The notes: generated from the letters alone by a model not told the origin. 64,000 bases of DNA from the human T2T-CHM13v2.0 reference genome, Homo sapiens (GCF_009914755.1 NC_060930.1), one strand, 5' to 3'; numbered from the stretch's first letter, positions 43,509-55,949 are shown. A program made the numbers and translations.

Positions 43509-44072
43509 ATGTTCTAAAATTTACTGTGGGAATGGTTACACAACTCTATAAATATACTAAAAATGATGAAATGATGCATTTGAAGTGGGTTAATTTTATG
43601 GTATGTGTATTATATCTCAATAAAGCTATGGGGGAGGGGAGAAACATGGTCTTGGAGATGGTGGGGTGGAGGGAAACAACCACAAATTTATCACAATATA
43701 GAAGAACCAATAACATATCTAGGCAGAGTCAACTAACATGAGAAGGTGAAAAAAAATACGTGATGTATATAGCAAGTGTGGAGATACTACAGGCAAAAAG
43801 GGAAAATACCATGTAGTAGAAGAAAAAGCAACTCAATCTGGTAGAAATCATAACTCAGGTAATTCTTCACTGTTTGTTTATGTATGGAGAACATAATGAG
43901 AATATTAATTTAATAAGAGAGATAAAAGACAAAACTATAAAAAAGAATGAGATCACAAGGGATATTGCATTCTAAGGTAACAAATCAAGGCTCAAAGCAA
44001 CATCTTTGTGGAACAAATTAAATATTTTTTTAAACAGTAAGGAACAGAATAAATATCACTGAAAGCTGGTTT

Positions 44073-44423
44073 CAGGACTATAATCTCTCCCTAATCTGAA
44101 ATTCAAAAAAATATAAAAAATTATGAAAAGTGAGAGTACTTTTTTGTTTGTAACCCCACTTGGCAGCATAATGTCATAATGTGTCCTGAACAGATGTGAG
44201 GCTATTTATAATCTTTCTTTATGCAAGTTGAATATCTATATTTATAGTTTTGTTTGAAAAAATAAAACATTAATGCTTTTGAATACTGGGTGCTTCCCAG
44301 ACTCTACTGAGAGTATCATACAATATATGGGATATGCATTTGTTATTTTCTAAAATATGAAATTATTTCGAATTCCAAAACATATCTGGCTTCAAAGGTT
44401 TCAGAAAGAGATGGTAGGCCAGT
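44073..44423. mobile_element. MER46C-like Tigger derivative within a degenerate L1ME/HAL1 ORF1-like region (about 43750-45300)
   Basis: gtgaggctatttataatcttt...aattccaaaacatatctggcttcaaaggtttcag. Confidence 0.7.
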
Positions 44424-44633
44424 GATAAAATAGGGGAAATGATATGTAAATAAAAGAAACAAAGAGATTAAATTAATTAGAAATACTAAAAGAATGGAAA
44501 AAAGAAAAAAAAGATCCAGTAGAAGGATAATTGATGCTTTTGAAATGAGGCAAACAAAAGCAATAGAAGTATATTTAAAGACCTAATAAAAAAATTTCTG
44601 AAGTGAAGAAAAAAGTGTTCAAAAAACACACTG

Positions 44634-44918
<285 letters not shown>

Positions 44919-45468
44919 ACCACTGCAATACAGGAAAAATTCATGTGAAATATCAATATCAAATTGCTACAAAGTTCAAAGATAAAATTATTTAGGCATC
45001 CAGGCAAAAAAAGTAACTTACTTACAAAGGGGAGAGGATGAATTTGGCCTCTTACTTCACCACAGCAATATTCAATGACAGAAAATGCTAGAGTCCTATC
45101 TTCAAACTAATAAAAGGAAGAAAATATGGTCTAAGAACACTAAATTCAGCCAAATATCAGTATGAATTAAATCAGGAAATATAACAGTTGTTAGCGCTTC
45201 TTAAAACATATTGCTTGACAGTCAAACAAACTAGTAGCTTAGGCTCAATAGAAACTCAAGAATAGAGAAGTTATGTTGAAAGGAATAGCGGTGGGCATTG
45301 AATCCATGTGAGGTTACCCCTCCTAGTTTACGTATAAAGCTTAATAAAGCCTACATTTAATCAACATTGCTTTCACCCTCCTGAACAATGCATGGATCTT
45401 GGAATGACTTAATTCCAGTGTCATCTCCCCATCTTTCATATTGTTGTCCGTATCCTTAGTTTTGTTTT

Positions 45469-45821
45469 ATTTTTATTTTTTTGTATTTATTTATTCATTT
45501 ATTTATTTATTTTTATTATACTTTAAGTTTTAGGGTACATGTGCACAACGTGCAGGTTTGGTACATATGTATACATGTGCCATGTTGGTGTGCTGCACCC
45601 ATTAACTAGTCATTTACATTAGGTATATCTTCTAATGCTATCCCTCCCCCTTCCCTCCACCCCACAACAGGCCCCGGTGTGTGTTGTTCCCCTTCCTGTG
45701 TCCAAGTGTTCTCACTGTTCAATTCCCACCTATGAGTGAGAACATGCGGTGTTTGGTTTTTTATCCTTGCGATAGCTTGCTGAGAATGATGGTTTCCAGC
45801 TTCGTCCATGTCCCTACAAAG
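45469..45821 (-). mobile_element. Young L1PA 3' end with TSD, inserted in old L1ME sequence
   Basis: ttattatactttaagttttagggtacatgtgcacaacg. TSD tagttttgtttt at 45457-45468 and 45822-45833. Confidence 0.95.
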
Positions 45822-47409
45822 TAGTTTTGTTTTTAAAAGAACATTCCCTCTGAAATACTCATTAATTTTCTTTTACAGTCAGTGATTAGAGATTTTGCCA
45901 AAATGTTTTTCAATGTCTTTGCTCATCATTGCATATTGCATTCCACTAATTGTCTTTCCTCCTTCCTTAAATATATCCTTTTGTAATTATTTTGGTGAAG
46001 TAGTTACATTTCTGTTTTCTTTTGTTTGGAGATATCTGTATTTTGCCTTCACCTTTGAATAATAATTTCACTACGGACAAAATTCTCAATGGATACTTAT
46101 GGTTCCCCAGCACTTCGAAGATATTATTTCATTATTATCTGGTTTCTGTGGATGCTTTTGAGAAGGCAGCTGCCAGATATACTTCTGTTTATTTGCAGGT
46201 AATTGACCTTTTCCTCTCTGGTTGCTTTAAGTTCTTTTATTTAACAATGATGCTTCTGGATTTGAAATTTTCCTTCCTCCCCCTCCCCACTCCCCACCGC
46301 CTTGCTTCCTTTCTTTTCCTTTCTGTTCTTTTTGTTTTCTCTTCTTTCTCTCCTCTCTTCTCTTCTTCTTTTCTTTTCCACATTTTTTTTGGCATCTCTC
46401 TTTCTCAGATATTATTCTAGATAAACTTTAGGATATTTACCCTTCCAAAAAATCTACAGAGAATTTAAAATTTGACTGGAATTTCACTTGACTGTTAATT
46501 AATTAGGGACAAATTTGTAACTTTAGTATGTTTAATATTTCTATTTAGAAACGTGCTATTTCTATCCATTTAATAATGTCTGCCTATGAATTGCATGTTT
46601 ATTTATCAAATCGTGTTGCATAATTCTTGTTAAATGAACTTACAGGTTTGCCAGATTTTTGTTTCTGTTTTGAAGAACTATTTCATTTTTTAAATTCCAC
46701 ATTTTCTATTTGGTCATTGCTGCATTAAAGAAACCTATTGACTTCTGTATTTTTTTGTGTCTGGATAGGTTTGATTCTACATAGTATGCAGGGAAGTAGC
46801 ATAAAGGTCAAAACACAAAAGGGGGTGCAAACAGCATCCCCGGAGCTTAAAAAAAGTGGCAAAATCTGTGTTTAAGGGCAAGTATATTCTAATTTACTAG
46901 ACAAAATTAGATGATCAAAAAGTACTTTTATTTTCAAGTAGACAGAGAAAGAAAAGTAATAATTAAACATGACCAAGAGAAAAAATTTTAATATATTTAA
47001 TATCCTGCTAAAGTAAAGATTAGATTTAACTATAGAAATTTCTGGTTGCAAAGCCTGAATTAAACTTAAATGGGGAAATGATTACACAGAAAGACTGGTT
47101 CTATTCAAATTAGTAGAGTTTGAGTTATATGCATCAAGCAATACCTCAAGTTACTGAGAAATTCTAATGCAGAGATAGTAGAAATAATTTTTTTAGACAT
47201 GAATGGAATATTCCTAACTTATAAAATCAATATCATCATAGAAATCATCAGGTCAACATAAAAATCTGAGGATAAAGAAAAAGAAGTGATCAATTTATAA
47301 TTTAGAAATACTTAGAGAGCTTAAGAGGCTGCCTTTGTCAAAACATATCATGTCAGATCAATTTAATTCTCTTTTATGGCAGAATGACAGTCCACAAAGT
47401 TAAGAAGCC

Positions 47410-47617
47410 TTTGAGAAACATAATATATTTTAATTTCAGTAAATGTTTTTGTTCTGTTGTATATGACATGTTATTTATAAGCTAAGGAAGTATGGTATAG
47501 TGTACCGTTCACAATAGTTAATTATTATTCACCAGTTCCCAACTGGGAGCTCATATCAACAGGCCGTCACAGGAATTCCTGGTGGAGTTCTTTGGAATCA
47601 ATAACTTGATTGAAAAC
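47410..47617 (-). other. NOX3: NOX3 non-coding terminal exon (3'UTR, probably exon 14)
   Basis: Acceptor aaatcttttgtttag|GTTTTCAATC at 47618/47617 and ATTAAA at 47434-47429. Agrees with my recollection of the NOX3 mRNA 3' end. The 3' boundary is approximate. Confidence 0.8.
47429..47434 (-). terminator. Polyadenylation signal ATTAAA of NOX3
   Basis: Plus-strand tttaat, about 17 nt upstream (minus sense) of a CA dinucleotide (tgtttctca). Confidence 0.7.
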
Positions 47618-48511
47618 CTAAACAAAAGATTTGAGATATTATCAGTGAAATATGTAGATATTACAAGCTACATACCAGTAGTAGTGTCTGGGGCTAAACT
47701 TCAAAACAATCTTGAAATATTAGAAAAATTCTAAAAAATTAATCAATATTAGTAGCAAGAATTATAAGATGTGAGGAATACTTTGTAAACATCTTGGGAG
47801 TAAAATAGCTGCATAGTATAGAAAGACTGGCGCAATGGGAATTAAAAAAAATCTCAGTTATTTTGTGGGGCAGAAGTTGAGTAGGAGTATAAGTGTTAAG
47901 AAGACCACAGACCAAAATGTGGTAGAATAACAAGCATTTGTTAAAAGAGATTGAGAAAGAAATATGAAAGGAAGACAGAAAGGAAGGAAGGCAGAAAGAA
48001 GGAAGAAAAGAAAACATAAAATTTATTTGTAAATATATGGCATATAAGCTCTAAGAAAGTCCCTCTTTTGCTCAATACTAGTCACGCTTCTCAATGCATT
48101 TTAAAAGGATGTGAAGAGATGGAATTGAATTTGAAAAAGAGTAACAAGATGATGGAAGGGCTTGAATATATATCCTAGGCCAAAAGGTTAAAAATTTAGT
48201 ATTGTTTGGACCAGAAAAGGGATAGGAAAGGGATGATTTGATTATCATTTTCAAGTATCTAAAGGATTTTTGTGAAAGATAACCTCCATTGGTGATTTCT
48301 CCGGTCTACAGAGGATGAACAAAAGCACAAAAGGAGCTTAAGTTTAAAGCAGAAAAGATCAGGTTTGGATATAAGGTGGGTGTCTCTGCCATCAGGGAAA
48401 TGAAAATTTGAAATGATTTCTAAAGGAGACTTCAAGCCAAGAAGCAGCGTGAGTCTCCGTGTTGGATGTAATGTAGGGAATGGAAACAAGTTTGGGAAAG
48501 ACAGCCTATGC

Positions 48512-48827
48512 CAGGGGTCAGCAAGCTCCAGCCCACAGGCCAAATCCAGCTCGCCCCCTGAGTGTGTGGATGGTCGATGTGCGAAAAGTGACTTTTACAA
48601 TGTTTAAAAATTTCATGTTATAAGAAAATTATATGAAATGTGACTTCAGCGTCCATCAGTAAAATATTATTGGAACACAACTATGCCCATTCATTGACGT
48701 TATTGTTTGTGGCAATGTTGGCACTTTACAATGGCAGAGTTCAGTAGTTGAGAGTCGGACCATACAGTGCATAGAGCCTAAAATGATTACTGTTTGGCCC
48801 CTTATGGGAAGAGTTTCCCAATCCCTG
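48512..48827. mobile_element. MER58B-like MITE
   Basis: caggggtcagcaagc...ttattggaacacaactatgcccattcatt...agtttcccaatccctg. Confidence 0.88.
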
Positions 48828-49449
48828 ACCTGTATGATTGCAGCCACTTACACAATGCCTGGACTTGACCTCCAAAGTCTAGAAGCTCTCCTTGTTGTAA
48901 TAGAAATGAACACCTCTGGGGTCAGCTGATGAATACAAGTGGCACATCTTTTGAAGTGTCCTCGAGAGAGCTTTAGGTCCACAGAAGAACACGCCAATAC
49001 TGCTGCTGCAGTAGGGGTAAGAAAAGGAAATAAAATGTCACCAGGAGGCAAGGCCAGCCAGAAGCCAAGACAATGATAAGATTAATGAAGTGGTTGTGGC
49101 TTTACTTATTTATTTTTCTCCCTCCATGTCGTTTTTTCTTAGATTCTTTTTTTCTACCTACTTTCAGCACCATGCTCTCTCCTAGGTTCCCAGCATCCTC
49201 CCCTAAATTAATCAGGGAGGTGGAGCCAAGAAGACTGAGGCTGGAAAGGGGCCATGAAACTGTTGAGGGGTTTTGATACAACACCCTGCAATGTTGGCAC
49301 TTTACAATGGCAGAGTTCAGTAGTTGAGAGTGGGACCATACAGTCCATAGAGCCTAAAATGATTACTATTTGGCCCCTTATGGGAAGAGTTTCCCAATCC
49401 CTGACCTATATGATTGCAGCCACTTACACAATGCCTGGACTTGACCTCC
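48712..49449. repeat. 162-bp direct duplication (48712-48873 and 49288-49449) flanking the NOX3 last coding sequence
   Basis: By-eye alignment gives 4 substitutions, no gaps, offset 576 bp. Confidence 0.97.
48879..49005 (-). CDS. NOX3: NOX3 last coding exon (probably exon 13), coding part; the exon continues as 27 nt of UTR to 48852
   Basis: ttttcttacccctactgcag|C AGC AGT... gives (S)[41 protein letters not shown], with the GVF.CGP motif and terminal Phe. Stop TAG at 48881-48879. Donor GGCATTGT|gtaagt at 48852/48851. Confidence 0.97.
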
Positions 49450-49494
49450 TTTTTGGCCAGGTGACCTTGATTCATGTCTTCTTGGATACGTGAC

Positions 49495-49745
49495 CAGATG
49501 TTAACTTCCTGAGAACATAAACCTGGTCTGTTTTATTCCAGCACCTGGAACAGTGCCTGGCATACAGTGGACAATCAACACACATTTGCTGAATGAATGA
49601 CTAAATGGCTTTCCTGAGTAGTATCTGCGTGGTCTTGGGCAAGTCACTAGACCTCAGTTTCTGCATGTGGAAAAGATGATAAGGACTACGTTGTATGTTT
49701 TATCAAAAGCAAGATGAGATAATACATTCAAAAGGGTTTTAAAAA
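49495..49745 (+). mobile_element. L2 3' end followed by a MIR fragment
   Basis: agcacctggaacagtgcctggcatacag...tgctgaatgaatga, then cttgggcaagtcact..cctcagtttctgcat. Confidence 0.75.
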
Positions 49746-50199
49746 GGTTAGTTATCACTAATATCCTGTTCAGCCCTGCCTTTTTATAGATAATAAAATT
49801 AATGCTAAAGTAATAGCAATTTAATTAATTTCTCCTGTTGGAATTACTTTAATTTTCAAAGAAGGCCAGAAGGGAGAGCTGGAAAAGAAAAAGACATTGC
49901 TGAAAATATAGTCACCCAAACGTTGTCATCTCTAATCTTGACATTTCAGAAAACTATGTCAGAGAGATACTTTTTGCATATAGTGACTATCCCAGAGCTG
50001 CTCAAATGCCTTGCAACTTAGCCTACATATAAACACCACATCTGCACAGGGTTTCAAAGTTGTTTCTGGAAGTTGGGGTGCATCAGTCTCTATAGAGATT
50101 TTTAGAGACCATGTCTTTTTTCTCTTGTCTTGAATATTACTATTCTTTGTAGCATTTTTTCCAATCTCTAGTATAAGCTGAATTAGTTACTCTAGTGTG

Positions 50200-50355
50200 G
50201 ATCAAAAGTTCTCAAGCTTTACTGTGCATAAAATCATCTAGGCAGATTGTTGAAATGTAGATTCCTAGGCTCGAATCCAAGGAATGCATGTTTAGTGAGG
50301 ATCTCGGGTGGTGTTGAGGCAGATCGCCCTGTGAGCCTCACTTTGAGAAACACTG
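50200..50355. mobile_element. MER5-family MITE
   Basis: gttctcaagcttt...gcataaaatcatctagg...cactttgagaaacactg. Confidence 0.75.
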
Positions 50356-50759
50356 TCATCAAGACATTCTTTGGGCTTCAGGACCAGCTCACTATACCAT
50401 CTCTGTTTCTTCAGACATGGATCTTGCTGGGAAGTGCCTATATAGCCTAGTTCTTCTTAGCTCATATGTTAACATGGTTCTCTGCCATGTGTCATAGCCA
50501 CATTTTAACTGTGTGTTCCAGGACCATCACATCCACAGTAGAAATTGATGGTTCCCCTGCATTTCAAACTCCAGCTTCAAAGGAACTTATCAATGGCTTA
50601 ATTTACAAATGACAATATGTTTAAAATGTAGCAGTACTACTTTCAAAGAAATCATTCCCATGGCTAAATTTGAGAAAGTAATTTTTCAGAAAATATTTCC
50701 CATGGAAAGGTATGAGTTTATGGCTTAATGAAGAGATTTTGAGGTGTTTATGGAAATAA

Positions 50760-50975
50760 AAGGCAATGGTTAAGAGTGCTCTTGGCTCCACCACTTCGTT
50801 GCTGGGTAACTTTGGGCATGTCAATTACCTTCACAAAGCCCCCAGTTTCTCATCTATAAAATGGGGAGAATTATAGAATCTAGCTCCGAGAATCTCTGTG
50901 AGGATCAAGCAAGACATTGCAGGTCTGGCCGCTGGTCCTGTGCTTGGCACATGGTGTGCTCTCAGGAATGGCTAG
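50760..50975 (+). mobile_element. MIR
   Basis: ctttgggcatgtcaattacct...cagtttctcatctataaaatgggg. Confidence 0.8.
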
Positions 50976-53900
50976 CTTCCTGATATTATTTTCCCACGCG
51001 ATGGCTATTGGTGTCTGCCTGCTCCGTGAAGCTGAACAGAAGAGGTGGTGCGGGGTGTTAACACAGAGGTGATTATGTAGACTTACTGAGATCAGCACTA
51101 GATTTTTGAGCTCTGGACTGAAACATTTTGAATGGTAGATGGATCAGGCGAGACCCTTCCCAGTGAGGAGTCACAGCTTTGCTTTGTGTCTGATGCCCAG
51201 AGGTGTCCTTGCATCTATTTTCAAAGATGCTGTTATGGGTGGTGATATTTTTCCATTAGTGTAGATGTCACCAAAGAGATTGCCCACTGGCCCACTCCAA
51301 TGGGCTAAGACTGCTCTTTCGTTTGCAGCAACAGTAACTGCAGACCTGATGGTGCCCTTTGATGCTCTGCCTTTAAGACTCCATTTCAAAGGATTCTGAT
51401 TGCTGCTGCCTGGTGTTCTCCTGGTGTCCCCAGCAGTTCACAGCTCCCCTGAGTCTTTTGAAGTTGTGGCTATCACACTGCACAGCTAAGTCCACACTTT
51501 ACTCAGGGGCCATATCCGCCGTGGTGATGCAATCACCAAAAAGTCTCACAAAGGCCATTTATTATCTACCTTCTGCTAAGGTGGAAAGGTCAGCCCTTCA
51601 CTGGCTCTCTGTGCATCACTGTCCCCACAGACAGCACAAGCAGTTTGCCTGGCTTACTCTTCTCGGCATTTGTGACTCCAAGTATGGAGAACTTCTTGTC
51701 ACAAATGCATACTGTGAATCACAGGGCAGAGAATCCAAGCCAAGTGTTTAAGGGACAGATGTGGCAGCTTCCCTTTTTTTTTTTCTTTTATGAGGCAACG
51801 GACAAGTGCAACAGAACCCTAATGGGGTTGGTAAAGAAAAAATTCTTCTATAAAATTTAATTACCCACAATCGCTTGGAATTAAATAGAGATTCTCCGCA
51901 AAAGAAGTATAAAAACGCAAGGTGCTATTCTTCAGTTTACAGCCTGCAAGCCACAGAGCTTGCACACGCATGGGGGAGCTGGATCGGGGACAATGTTAAT
52001 GGCATTGATCAGTCTGGGCTGCTGACTTTGATGAGAAAAGGACAAATTTTACACAAGCTGCAAAGATGGCTAACATTCACAGCATTATTTTTAGCTCTGA
52101 TAAACAATAAAGAAAATTCTCCTTTCCCTCTCTATGTCTGCTAAATAACTATTGTGCTCTTCTCTGTGGGGTTGGTGCATTTTTCAAAAACAGTTCAGCG
52201 ATGCCATGCATGAAAGGCATCCAAAATATCACCCACCAGGAGATTTCAGCCCAGCAGATATATGGGCGTGTGGGTGCGCCCGGGAGTGATCCCACCACCT
52301 CGCTGAATTCCCAGGTTCTGCTGCCGTGAGCCCTTCTCTCCTTAAATTGTATGTTTGTTTTTATGTGTTGGCTTTTATGCTTGGTAAGTTATAACCTTGT
52401 AGGGGCAGACCCTAAACCCTATTTAAAAAAAAGCAAATTACTTTATACCCTGAGTGCATTCTGCAAATAAAATCGATAAACAGAAGCTTCCCGTGGATTT
52501 ATGGAGGCTTAGAAAGAAGATGAGAGCTACAAACTCTGTATCAGACAATGGACACAACTTCTGGTTAATCCTTTCTAGTGAGTGTTTTTCATTAGAAATG
52601 CCTCCAAATGATTCATCACATAATTATATTTTGTACAACACCTTCTTTTTTCAGAACCGCAGATGATAATTGTGCTGGCCAGCTTTTTTTTTTTTTTAAC
52701 CTATCTCCCAGTTAATTTGTAGCAGCCTACGACATTACTTTTCTCTGTGTCCTAATTACTCAGTTGCTCATGAGTTGCTGCAGATGTCCCTAACCAGGCT
52801 CACTGTTGTGATTCTGCTCCTGCCCACACTCCACAGGCTCTGTTTTCTTTGGCAGCCAGAACTGTGCTGTTCGGACACTTGTCCCAGCTCCCTCATTGGT
52901 CTCATGGTGCTGCCACTTGCACATACTGGCCATTTTGCTAGGCTCTGAGGTGCATAGATAAAGTTGCTTATAGCTATAAGCCCTTGAGAAGCTTATGGTC
53001 AAATGGGGAAGAAAAATGAAAGCAGCTGACTTGTAGCATCCGATCCCAGGGAATGGTAGAGCCATTTTTGCCAACCCTTCCCCACCCCAATAAAACAGTA
53101 ACATATATATGCCTTCATGCATAAGTAACCAAATATTTTGTCAAACTAATAATTTGATAGATAGGTAATGCCATTGAAGAAATTTTGCAGTATAATGATA
53201 AATCCACCCTGTACTCACCCATCTCTCCAATCCCCCCTACCACAAATGGAGTAATTTCAGCAATTTTTATTGAATCTTCACTTGGGTCTAACCAGAGAGA
53301 TTGATGCCCTCTCATGGGAAGGAACTATGGGAATATGCTGACAATTTCCTCATCATAAGTTTATGGTGTCTTTATTTTTCCCATGAAGCTGTAACTTATC
53401 ATGTGTTGTATTTCCATTTAAGTCTATTTCTTTGAGTATTCTGAACATTTTAGTCACATAATGAATGTTTAGGATATCCTGTTAGATAAAGGGCCCTGTA
53501 TGCTATAATCAGAATGCTAATTTCTTAAAAATATCATTTTAAAACATTTTGCACATATGCACATACAAATGAGAATTGAAGGGTGCATACACAAGCAAAT
53601 GTGGGTCCAGATGGACACATTTACTCAATTTAGTATAAAGGTATTTTCACGTTTCTGAAAACAATGGGTGGTCTAAAATACATTCATGCAATATGGATTA
53701 GAAGCCCCCAATCATATGGTAAGTTGACACCTTTCTTCATCGTTAGGTTGGGTTAAACTGTTCTAACAAATGGTAGTACTCTTCTATTTTTTTTTCTTCA
53801 AAGTTAAAAGAAATACGTCTACTGAAATTACAAAAAAAAAAAAAAATGACCAAACTTTAAAGTTTTTATGGTAATTAATTACATCAAATTTACACCTAAA

Positions 53901-55949
53901 AGGCGTGGTGAAGTTATTAACAGATAGGTCAAAAGTAGAAAACTACAAATATTATCTGAAGGGTAAGATCAAAGATTTAAGGCCTATGGAAAATTATTTT
54001 ATTCAATTAATTAAAAGCAACTGATCCACAAATTCAGAAAGCTGAGTATCCGTACAATGTGTGTTTATCAAAAAAGTAACTAGATGTGACAACGGTATTT
54101 TTATTTTCATTCTGTCTACCTTCTTGGAAATATTTTCCTGATTTTCTGAACATTTACCTAAAGCTTGTGAACGTATTGACAATGTTTACAAAAAATGCAA
54201 TACAGTTTCCATTTTTGAAAAAGATACCTTTCTCTGGATTAGTAAGACATAGATGGCAATGAATGTATTTAATTAGCCTACTATATTTTAATTGGGAGAA
54301 TAATTTTTAATGTTTTTGTTTCATAGTACTTTTCTGTGCTTTATCTAACTGAAATACTATACAATTTTCACATGCATGTGAATTTGAATATATCAATAAA
54401 AGGCTTATAATGCATCCACTTAATATTTGTTGACTGTCTTTCAAAACTATACTTGTGTTTTTGTAATATAGCTAATATAATTACCAAAATTAATTACAAA
54501 CAAAAACAATAGAACACACTTTTCTATTTTCTGTCAGCCTTTGATCTATTTTTAATTTTTCTTCTCTCTCCCTTATTTGTATTCATTTTGATGCCCATCA
54601 ATTTGTTTCTCTATTACTGTTATTTTTGCAATTTTCTGGTTCCTTTATAGCTTGTACTACTCTCTTTGATCTGCTTCCCTTCAAGCTTTATTTTTGGTCC
54701 TGTTTTTCATGTTCTATAAAAAATCTTTTTGCCCCTCTTCACTTTATTCTTTTGATTTAACTCCTTCTTAGAACAAGAACAAACTCCAGCTTTGAGTGAA
54801 CAGGTAAATATTTTTGAAAGAGTAAGTCCGGAGAATCCTCGGCTTCGTGCTGATGAATAGAAATGGTTGAGAGCCTACTTCAAAGGCCCTCAAGAACAAA
54901 GAACCTTTTCTGAGGCCACTAACAAATCCACCAATTTCTTCTGACCCATCTTTGCCAAAAGATATGAGCTAACGACAGGACAGAACCGTCTTGTAAGAGT
55001 AGCCAGGCAGGCTTGGGAACAAACATATCCTTGACATAATAAGGGGAAAACATACTGTTTATCTCTTTAATAACCATCCCGAGGAAAATTAATGTTACTT
55101 TGTCCTTTGTGCAGAACAGTAATTGGATTGTGTGTTTCATTTACATCTGGACAAAGGCCAGGATATTGAAATACTTCTCAATATTAGATTTTCTTGTTTA
55201 AAAATTAGATTTTATTGGCATTCTCTTTCCGAGATTTCTTCATTAAAAGCTTCATTAAACATAAATCTCCTTTTACACAGCAGAAAACAAAATTATTTTA
55301 AGGAGGTCATTTTAAAAGCCTTTTGAAAGGGTGGTGCTAAGCTTTTGACCGAAGGCTTGTCTTTTCCCAGGGATCTGGCATTCCAGGGACAAAATCATTG
55401 ACTTTGCCTTCATGTGTCTAATATTAATGACATGGATGCTTGAAGCTATATAACAAGTTACCATGTTCTAGAGTCTAAGGCTATTACAAATATGATATTA
55501 AAAAATTTGGGACTGGGAAGTATGCTGTAGAGGTTTGATTCAGTGATTCCAAACCTTGGGGGCCTCGTCTACTCTGGAAGAGATGAAGTCATCCATCAAG
55601 GAGAGAGAGTTTGCATAGCTACCGTGCTGCAAAATACAATTGAGCATTAAGTACGTTTCCGCACTTCACTTTGATTATGGCTTCTAGAAAGGTATGAGCA
55701 ACAGGGAAAGTGATGGTAATACAGTTTTGCCACCTTAAAACTGATTACTCTTTACTCCCTGCGAAAAAATTGGACAGGCCCACTTCTCAGCACTGAGTTA
55801 CATAATTTTCTAGGCAGAGTTTGTGCAAACCCAGTTTTATCCTTGGTCTCTTGATGCTCCGTGTTCCTGGCTCATGCCTTTTTGAGGGAAGGGAGATAAT
55901 TAAATAGTTTGGTTTTAAAGGCCTTCCGCACTGGGCTGCAAGCTTTGTG

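Larger units (their letters stand above)
47200..48380 (+). mobile_element. L3/CR1 LINE RT-to-3' region, overlapping the NOX3 last exon and last intron in antisense
   Basis: SCQINLILFY (47348, for SCQTNLISFY), NIIYFNFSK (47417, for DIIYLDFSK), KYVDIT (47648, for KFADDT), RVTRMMEGLE, ttcaagtatctaaagg, and aagatcaggtttggatataagg (RFRLDIR-like). Confidence 0.85.

Noticed and set aside
48848-49051. 67-aa minus-strand ORF MPPGDILF...
   Set aside because: Wrong-frame reading over the real NOX3 exon.
54780-55400. Isolated plus-strand splice-like motifs (aga|gtaagt at about 54822, ttttcccag|g at about 55370)
   Set aside because: No coherent exon chain or reading frame; such motifs are frequent by chance.
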